DNA from: an uncultured archaeon
GTDB lineage: Archaea > Asgardarchaeota > Jordiarchaeia > Jordiarchaeales > Jordiarchaeaceae
Assembly (NCBI GenBank): GCA_964510585.1
Contig: CAZECW010000117.1
Location: 1-11,735, forward strand
Reading direction: 5' to 3'
DNA length: 11,735 nt
The translations under genes were made by a program, and so were the position numbers. The notes beneath the pieces were generated by a model. The model did no database searches. It worked only from the letters and a program-made list of their open reading frames with translations, and was not told where the DNA came from. Below, piece by piece: positions 7,207 through 11,735 of the stretch (position 1 is its first letter; every line of letters starts with the position of its first letter).

Positions 7207-7219
7207 TTTTTTATTTTTT
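7207..7219 (+). terminator. Possible archaeal oligo-T terminator for the OsmC gene
   Basis: TTTTTTATTTTTT about 47 nt after the stop, in the gap between convergent genes. Confidence 0.35.
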
Positions 7220-7275
7220 GCACCTGCTTCTAATAATGCTCGGATAGTGAGAAAGGTAGGAGTATTTTTGATTTT

Positions 7276-9795
7276 TTAGAGCTGTCCAAATTCTTGTCGT
7301 GCAATTATGTCGTCCTGTATGGCTTTCCCTAGATCTACGAAGTAGGCGTTGTAGCCGGAGACTCTGACTACTAGGTCTCTGTATTTTTCTGGGTGTTTTT
7401 GGGCTTCCCTTAGGGTTTGCGTGTCTACTACATTTAGCTGTACTTCGCTTCCTCCCAGTTTGAAGTAGGCTTTTATGAGGCTGGCCAACTTTTTTCTTCT
7501 TTCTTGGTCTCTGAGAAGTGTTGGGAGGAGTTTAATGTTTAGTGCGCAGCCATTTGGGATTTTTGTGTGGTCTATTTTTGCGCAGGATTTTAGGATGGCT
7601 GTGGGTCCATTTTTCTCGACGCCATTGCTTGGAGATAGGCTGTTTGATGTTGGTTCCCGTGCCTTCCGCCCATTGGGTGTGGCTCCAAGAAGGTTTCCAT
7701 CCAGTACATGCATTCCGTAGGAAAAGAATGAAGGCCTGTAGGGTCCCCCTCTCCAGGCCTTTTTCGCCATAACCATGTCGCAGAAAGTTCCTGCAACTTC
7801 TCGAGCTATGTCATCCACATAATCATTATCATTACCATATTTCGGAGCTTTATGTAGCAATTTTTGGCGTAGCATCTCGCCCTTTTTACCCCTGAAATTG
7901 TTTTCTAGGGCGTCTATTAATTCCTTCATGGTTACCATTTTGTCATCGAAAACCATTTTTTTTATGGCTGCCAGTGAGTCGACGGTGGTTCCCAGTCCGC
8001 GTCCACTTATGGAGTTGAAATTGTATTTTGCTCCTCCCCATGTCATATCCATAGCGTTTTCCACACAACCCTCCAAGGTGGCTGAAATGTAGGGGTTAGG
8101 GTAGTTTTGGGCATAGACTTCATCCTTTATTTCCACCAGCTGGTGTATTAGGTCGATGCTGTTTTGAAGCTGCTTTTTGAAGGCATCCATAAACTGTTCA
8201 AATGAAGAGAATTTTCTTGGATCTCCAGTTTGTGGTCCGGTTCTGCGTCCCAGCATCCTTATCATGCCGTTGGTGAGTGTCATCTCTAGTACGCCAACTA
8301 GGGATATGTCGTTTCCACTGGTGCATCCGAATGTGTTTCCGGCGCTTGTGGGCTCTACGCAGCCTATGACTGCGTAGTCTCGGGCGTCTTCCAAACTTGT
8401 TCCGCTATTGACCAGTGCTGGGATGATAACGTCGTCGTTGAATATTGCGGGGCCTGAGGTTACGCTGTATACTTCTGCAATTTTTTCCAGCCACTCGTCG
8501 CTTGATTTGCTGGAAACTCTTATGGAGAAGGTGTTGGTGAGGTTCTTCATGTTTTTGCAGGCGTCCATCCAGATGTAGGACAGCTCGTTTGTGGCGTCTT
8601 CTCCGTCTCTATCCACTCCTCCAATGGTTAGGGCGTCCTCGTCTGCTCCTAGTTCGGAGGCGGTGTGCTTGCCGAAGCTGGGTAGCAGTAATAGGTTGTA
8701 GCTGAACTTGATTAGTAGTTCTTCCACGAGTTCTAGGGCCTTTTCCCGGGTGATTTTGCCTTCTTCCAAGTCTTTTTTATAGTAGGGGTAGAGGTATTGG
8801 TCTACTCTTCCCACGGCTCCAATTAGTCCTATTCCATAACTTATTGTTGCAACGACTTGGGTGAACCATAGGAATTGGCATGCCTCATGGAAGCTTCGGG
8901 GTGGGTTCCAGGGAACCCATCTGCAGTTTTCAGCTATTTGGAGTAGTTCCTTTTTCCTTTCGGGATTTTTTTCGCGGGACGCCATTTCTTCTGCGAGCTC
9001 TGCGAAGCGTTGGGCAAACATTCTTGTGGCGTCGCAGCAAATCATTACTGCTTCTAGGAACTTCTTTTTATCCTCGTCTTGGACGCTTTCCAGTACCTTT
9101 TGGGCTTTTTCTTTCACTCCTTTGAATCCTGTTTTTATGACGTTGTTTATTCCTATGACTAGGTGTCCTTGTGTGTCAAAAACATTCATGACCAAATTGG
9201 GGTTGTTGAGCGTTACTTCGTTTAGGCTGCTTTTTACGTGGCGCAGTCTTCCCAAGGTGTATAGTTTGATTATGTCAATTATGTTTTTTGGTCCGAAGTT
9301 TTTCAGTCTCCTCCAGTTGGCTATGGGACTTAGGCTTATTTTGAAGTGTAGCCCCTTCTCCTTCATGATTTTTGTTCTGATGTCTCTTACGGTTTTGCCC
9401 TTCCAGTACTTGAACATCTCCATAAGTTCCTTCTCTTCCTCCTTTGAAATGTGGAAGGGGCGTTCCTTTCTTTTTTTGAGGTTTTTTAAATCGATTTTCA
9501 GGACGTAATTGTATTCGCCGCGCTCGATGGGAATGATTGCGGCTACCAGTTTGCTTGAGCGGTTCCCCACTATTTGTTCCTCGGGAAGAATGTATATGGT
9601 CATTTTTCTCAGAGTGTTCTCAAGAGCCCTCGCAGCCCTGATGGCGGGATGCAACCCCTCTGTTTCTTTGTATGATTCAGTATAGTATCTGGCGCGCTCA
9701 ATGCAAATCTCGTAGGGGGCCTCCAAAATTTTTCTTCGATAGATTTGAGTTCTAGAATTTTCCAACGGTTGTTGTACTGAAATATTAAACACCAC
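7276..9795 (-). CDS. Glycyl radical enzyme (PFL2/glycerol dehydratase/CutC-like superfamily), substrate unknown, 839 aa
   Basis: Thiyl loop IGCVEP (Cys479, codon 8359-8361) and glycyl loop VRVSGYN (Gly814, codon 7354-7356). Also GRVDQYLYPYY, GATPNGRKA.EP.SNSLSP and ICIERARYYTES. It has a single Cys, so it is not a canonical PflB. The GTG start at 9795 is uncertain by a few codons. Confidence 0.95.
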   Translation of the reverse strand: MVFNISVQQPLENSRTQIYRRKILEAPYEICIERARYYTESYKETEGLHPAIRAARALENTLRKMTIYILPEEQIVGNRSSKLVAAIIPIERGEYNYVLKIDLKNLKKRKERPFHISKEEEKELMEMFKYWKGKTVRDIRTKIMKEKGLHFKISLSPIANWRRLKNFGPKNIIDIIKLYTLGRLRHVKSSLNEVTLNNPNLVMNVFDTQGHLVIGINNVIKTGFKGVKEKAQKVLESVQDEDKKKFLEAVMICCDATRMFAQRFAELAEEMASREKNPERKKELLQIAENCRWVPWNPPRSFHEACQFLWFTQVVATISYGIGLIGAVGRVDQYLYPYYKKDLEEGKITREKALELVEELLIKFSYNLLLLPSFGKHTASELGADEDALTIGGVDRDGEDATNELSYIWMDACKNMKNLTNTFSIRVSSKSSDEWLEKIAEVYSVTSGPAIFNDDVIIPALVNSGTSLEDARDYAVIGCVEPTSAGNTFGCTSGNDISLVGVLEMTLTNGMIRMLGRRTGPQTGDPRKFSSFEQFMDAFKKQLQNSIDLIHQLVEIKDEVYAQNYPNPYISATLEGCVENAMDMTWGGAKYNFNSISGRGLGTTVDSLAAIKKMVFDDKMVTMKELIDALENNFRGKKGEMLRQKLLHKAPKYGNDNDYVDDIAREVAGTFCDMVMAKKAWRGGPYRPSFFSYGMHVLDGNLLGATPNGRKAREPTSNSLSPSNGVEKNGPTAILKSCAKIDHTKIPNGCALNIKLLPTLLRDQERRKKLASLIKAYFKLGGSEVQLNVVDTQTLREAQKHPEKYRDLVVRVSGYNAYFVDLGKAIQDDIIARQEFGQL

Positions 9796-9836
9796 CCAAT
9801 TTCCCTGTGATTCAATAAGTTAAACACACTCCAGAA

Positions 9837-9851
9837 ATATTAAACTTCTCA
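9837..9851 (-). promoter_or_regulatory. Candidate BRE-TATA promoter of the glycyl radical enzyme gene
   Basis: The minus strand reads TGAGAAG-TTTAATAT about 42 nt upstream of GTG 9795. A palindrome TCCAAGG-tcac-CCTTGGA lies at 9874-9891, just upstream of it. Confidence 0.45.
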
Positions 9852-9936
9852 TGGCCCAAAAAATTTCAATTATTCCAAGGTCACCCTTGGAGTTTACATC
9901 TACCAAAAATTGTTCTTGCAGTTTTGGATGCTGACT

Positions 9937-10725
9937 TTATACGGGTTTGAATTCTCTAACCCTTGTATATACCTTGATTTTTTCCATGAAAGCCCGCTCC
10001 CTTGCTTCCTCCTCAACAAAGGGTGAAATCACTACAAGTGAAGGTTTTACATTTGCAAGTTCTTCATAGAGCTTAGATTTACGGATAAACGCCGCCACAT
10101 CACCCATACTTACACTGGACTTAATCTCCACCAGGATGTGTTTATCATCCCTTATCAGCACATCGGCCTCAACAATACTGGGAACATTAAAAACCACCCC
10201 CCTCTCATCATAAACCTCCCATTTCTCCACCTTAAAACCCATATCTCCAAGAATTCCACGAATAGCCTCCCTAAAGGACTCCTCAGCCGCAAAACCCCAC
10301 CTAGCCCCAAGAGCACTGGCAATAACGCGAAACTCCTCCCTAGACCTCCTCATTTCCTCATCAAAGCGATCCATTCGCTCAGTCAACAATAAAAGACTCT
10401 TCTCAAAGCTATCCATACGCTTGACCATTAGTTCGAGGCTCCTCTCGAAACTATCCATACGCTTCGTGGCCTCTTCTCTGAACAGCCTCATCTCGTTCTC
10501 AAAGCTATCCATACGCTTGACCATTAGTTCGAGGCTCCTCTCGAAGCCTTCAGTGCGTTTGGCAATAGTTTCTGTGAGGTTTTTTATTTCTTTGGTTAGC
10601 GATTCTATTTCGTGTTTTGTGGGGGGAGCCTCTGCGATGAGCGAGTGGACTTCTTCTCTAAGTGATGCGTCTGTTTTTAACAGGTCTAGTAAAATCTTTT
10701 TGAACTCATCTCTAGAAATAGCCAT
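9937..10725 (-). CDS. Coiled-coil + PD-(D/E)XK nuclease-fold protein (DUF3782/DUF1626-like archaeal family), 262 aa
   Basis: Heptad-repeat N-terminal half, the family-typical ALGARWG..E..FR linker, then VEADVLI...ILVEIKS (intact D...ExK) and VVISPFVEE.ARERA. Confidence 0.85.
   Translation of the reverse strand: MAISRDEFKKILLDLLKTDASLREEVHSLIAEAPPTKHEIESLTKEIKNLTETIAKRTEGFERSLELMVKRMDSFENEMRLFREEATKRMDSFERSLELMVKRMDSFEKSLLLLTERMDRFDEEMRRSREEFRVIASALGARWGFAAEESFREAIRGILGDMGFKVEKWEVYDERGVVFNVPSIVEADVLIRDDKHILVEIKSSVSMGDVAAFIRKSKLYEELANVKPSLVVISPFVEEEARERAFMEKIKVYTRVREFKPV
10400..10545. repeat. Perfect 50-bp direct repeat inside the coiled-coil coding region
   Basis: TTCTCAAAGCTATCCATACGCTTGACCATTAGTTCGAGGCTCCTCTCGAA at 10400-10449 and 10496-10545 (offset 96 nt, 32 codons). 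A third partial CTATCCATACGCTT lies at 10451-10464. Confidence 0.95.
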
Positions 10726-11163
10726 TTGAATCCCTGTTCAAATTTTAGATATCCCAAGCTAATAAAGGATTAGGGGTATATTTAAATTAAGCGTTAAATA
10801 GTGAAGTGACCACTTTTTGGGTTTATGTGGACTATTATGTTCCGTACCAGCCAATACATTTAATCTAATCACATATTACGTTGAGCACTTAAAGAGTTAA
10901 GGATTCTTGATTGTGGTAGGTTACTGATTTTGTGATTGGATACACTGCTAGGTGACGTATAACATCCTGTTGTTGCGAGTGTCACATAAATATTGTTGGA
11001 AGGAAAAACTAGAAAGACAAAATTCTCAAACTGCAGTAAAGTCATAAATCGGGGATAGTGTTTTATATATAAGTTTAAATTTATGTAGGTAAACAAATTT
11101 TTTCTCAATAGATTATTTCAGCTGTAAAATTTTTTCTAAAAGATAAAATTTTGAGGCGAGATT

Positions 11164-11595
11164 ATGGCCAGAAAAGGTAATGGTGATAGATATAGGGTGG
11201 ATGTTATTCATGCTAAGAGCCTAGAGGGTAACCCCATCAATAGTCCAGTGGATCGAGAATTATATGTTTATCTTCCCCCCGATTATTTTGAGTCGGGGGA
11301 TAGGAGGTATCCCGTAGTCGTCTATTTGCATGGCTATACTGGAAATAATCAAAAAATGACTGTAGTTTCCACAATTGAAAATAACAAGAATCTGCCCGTA
11401 AAATTAATACCACCCGAAATTTTGCAACAAATAGATTTGGACCGAATACCCTCATATAAGAAGTTGGACGAAATGATTACCAGAGGAGAGTTAGACCCCT
11501 TTATTTTTGTTCAGCCGGATGGAAGTTTGCATCTTCCCCACAAGAATGGGGCAAAGGACTTCACGGGAGCGGTTCAAACCAAGGGTAGCTTCTTT
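11164..11595 (+). pseudogene. 5' part of a putative esterase (alpha/beta hydrolase, enterochelin-esterase-like) interrupted by the IS copy
   Basis: SLEGNP..RELYVYLPPDY..YPVVVYLHGYTG and FIFVQPDG..KGSFF are esterase-family motifs. The native frame ends at KGSFF (11595), exactly where the inverted IS end begins. No GxSxG nucleophile motif is present. The last 19 aa of the called ORF (to 11655) are IS-derived. Confidence 0.85.
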
Positions 11596-11735
11596 TTGAC
11601 ACTCTCCGCGACTAAAGTCGGGAGATTCTTGCTTCTGGCTCATCGGGAGCCTTAGGAAGCAATGGGTGTGCCATCACCCAGTTAACACGCCCTTCCCTCA
11701 AGGGAACGGCGTCTATGTTGGCACCCTCATGGGGG
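11576..11735 (-). ncRNA. 3' part of a second putative TnpB omega-RNA; guide AAAGAAGCTACCCTTGGTTT, antisense to the esterase gene
   Basis: Same scaffold as 1-140. The flank after TCAA on the minus strand is the reverse complement of 11576-11595. Confidence 0.6.
11596..11735 (-). mobile_element. Second copy of the IS200/IS605-family right end, inverted, cut off by the window edge
   Basis: Its reverse complement matches 1-140 except at two spots (TTCCCT-TG-AGGGAA vs TTCCCT-TTG-AGGGAA; GCTTC-CT-AAGG vs GCTTC-G-AAGG). Confidence 0.85.

Noticed and set aside
7276-9795. Canonical pyruvate formate-lyase (pflB) or a confident CutC/HypD/glycerol dehydratase call
   Set aside because: It lacks the adjacent Cys-Cys pair of PflB, and the specificity segments do not match the others as I recall them.
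173-9827. Overlapping or antisense ORFs from the track (173-421, 480-767, 974-1156, 4338-4529, 4495-4791, 4551-4754, 4685-4906, 4755-5111, 5301-5489, 5776-6198, 7475-8377 set, 8861-9508, 8880-9125, 9609-9827)
   Set aside because: These are shadow frames of well-supported genes or low-complexity products of skewed composition, with no motifs or SD support.
10400-10545. CRISPR array
   Set aside because: Only two full copies, in frame within a coding coiled coil, with no unique spacers or cas genes.
10138-11455. ORFs 10138-10392, 10421-10729, 10869-11108 and 11237-11455
   Set aside because: Three are antisense shadows of real genes. 10869-11108 spans AT-rich promoter DNA and has no recognisable features.
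141-11595. Self-targeting of either omega-RNA guide elsewhere in the window
   Set aside because: By eye I found no second match to either guide. This was not an exhaustive computational search.
1-11735. Terminal inverted repeats of a linear plasmid, virus or Borg-like element, or of one large TIR transposon
   Set aside because: The repeats are not identical and match an IS200/IS605 right end whose terminus points inward. One copy interrupts a host gene, and no replication, capsid or transposase genes lie inside.
1-11735. Composite IS605 transposon mobilising the interior
   Set aside because: HUH/Y1 transposition needs a left end and a right end on the same strand. Here two right ends are on opposite strands.

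Overview
This looks like an archaeal chromosomal fragment, most likely Asgardarchaeota. The evidence is GGTGA/GGAGG Shine-Dalgarno sites, BRE-TATA promoters, a Rab-like GTPase and two longin-like domains. Both ends carry near-identical 140-nt copies of an IS200/IS605-family right end with the hallmarks of a TnpB omega-RNA scaffold (1-140 on +, 11596-11735 on -). The copies face inward and have different flanking guide sequences; the right-hand one truncates an esterase gene in mid-motif. The left half is a candidate signalling cluster: KaiC-like ATPase, longin-domain protein, Rab-like GTPase, a P-loop-dead KaiC-like protein, and a fusion of a longin/uDENN-like domain with wHTH, TackOD1-like Zn ribbons and a degenerate PD-(D/E)XK domain. 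The right half encodes an OsmC-family protein, an 839-aa glycyl radical enzyme with an unfamiliar active site and no adjacent activase, and a coiled-coil PD-(D/E)XK (DUF3782-like) protein with internal DNA repeats. Non-coding oddities are an exactly symmetric three-palindrome site at 6250-6323 and a 5' G/T to 3' A/C synonymous-site gradient along genes. All family assignments come from motif recognition by eye; no database searches were run.
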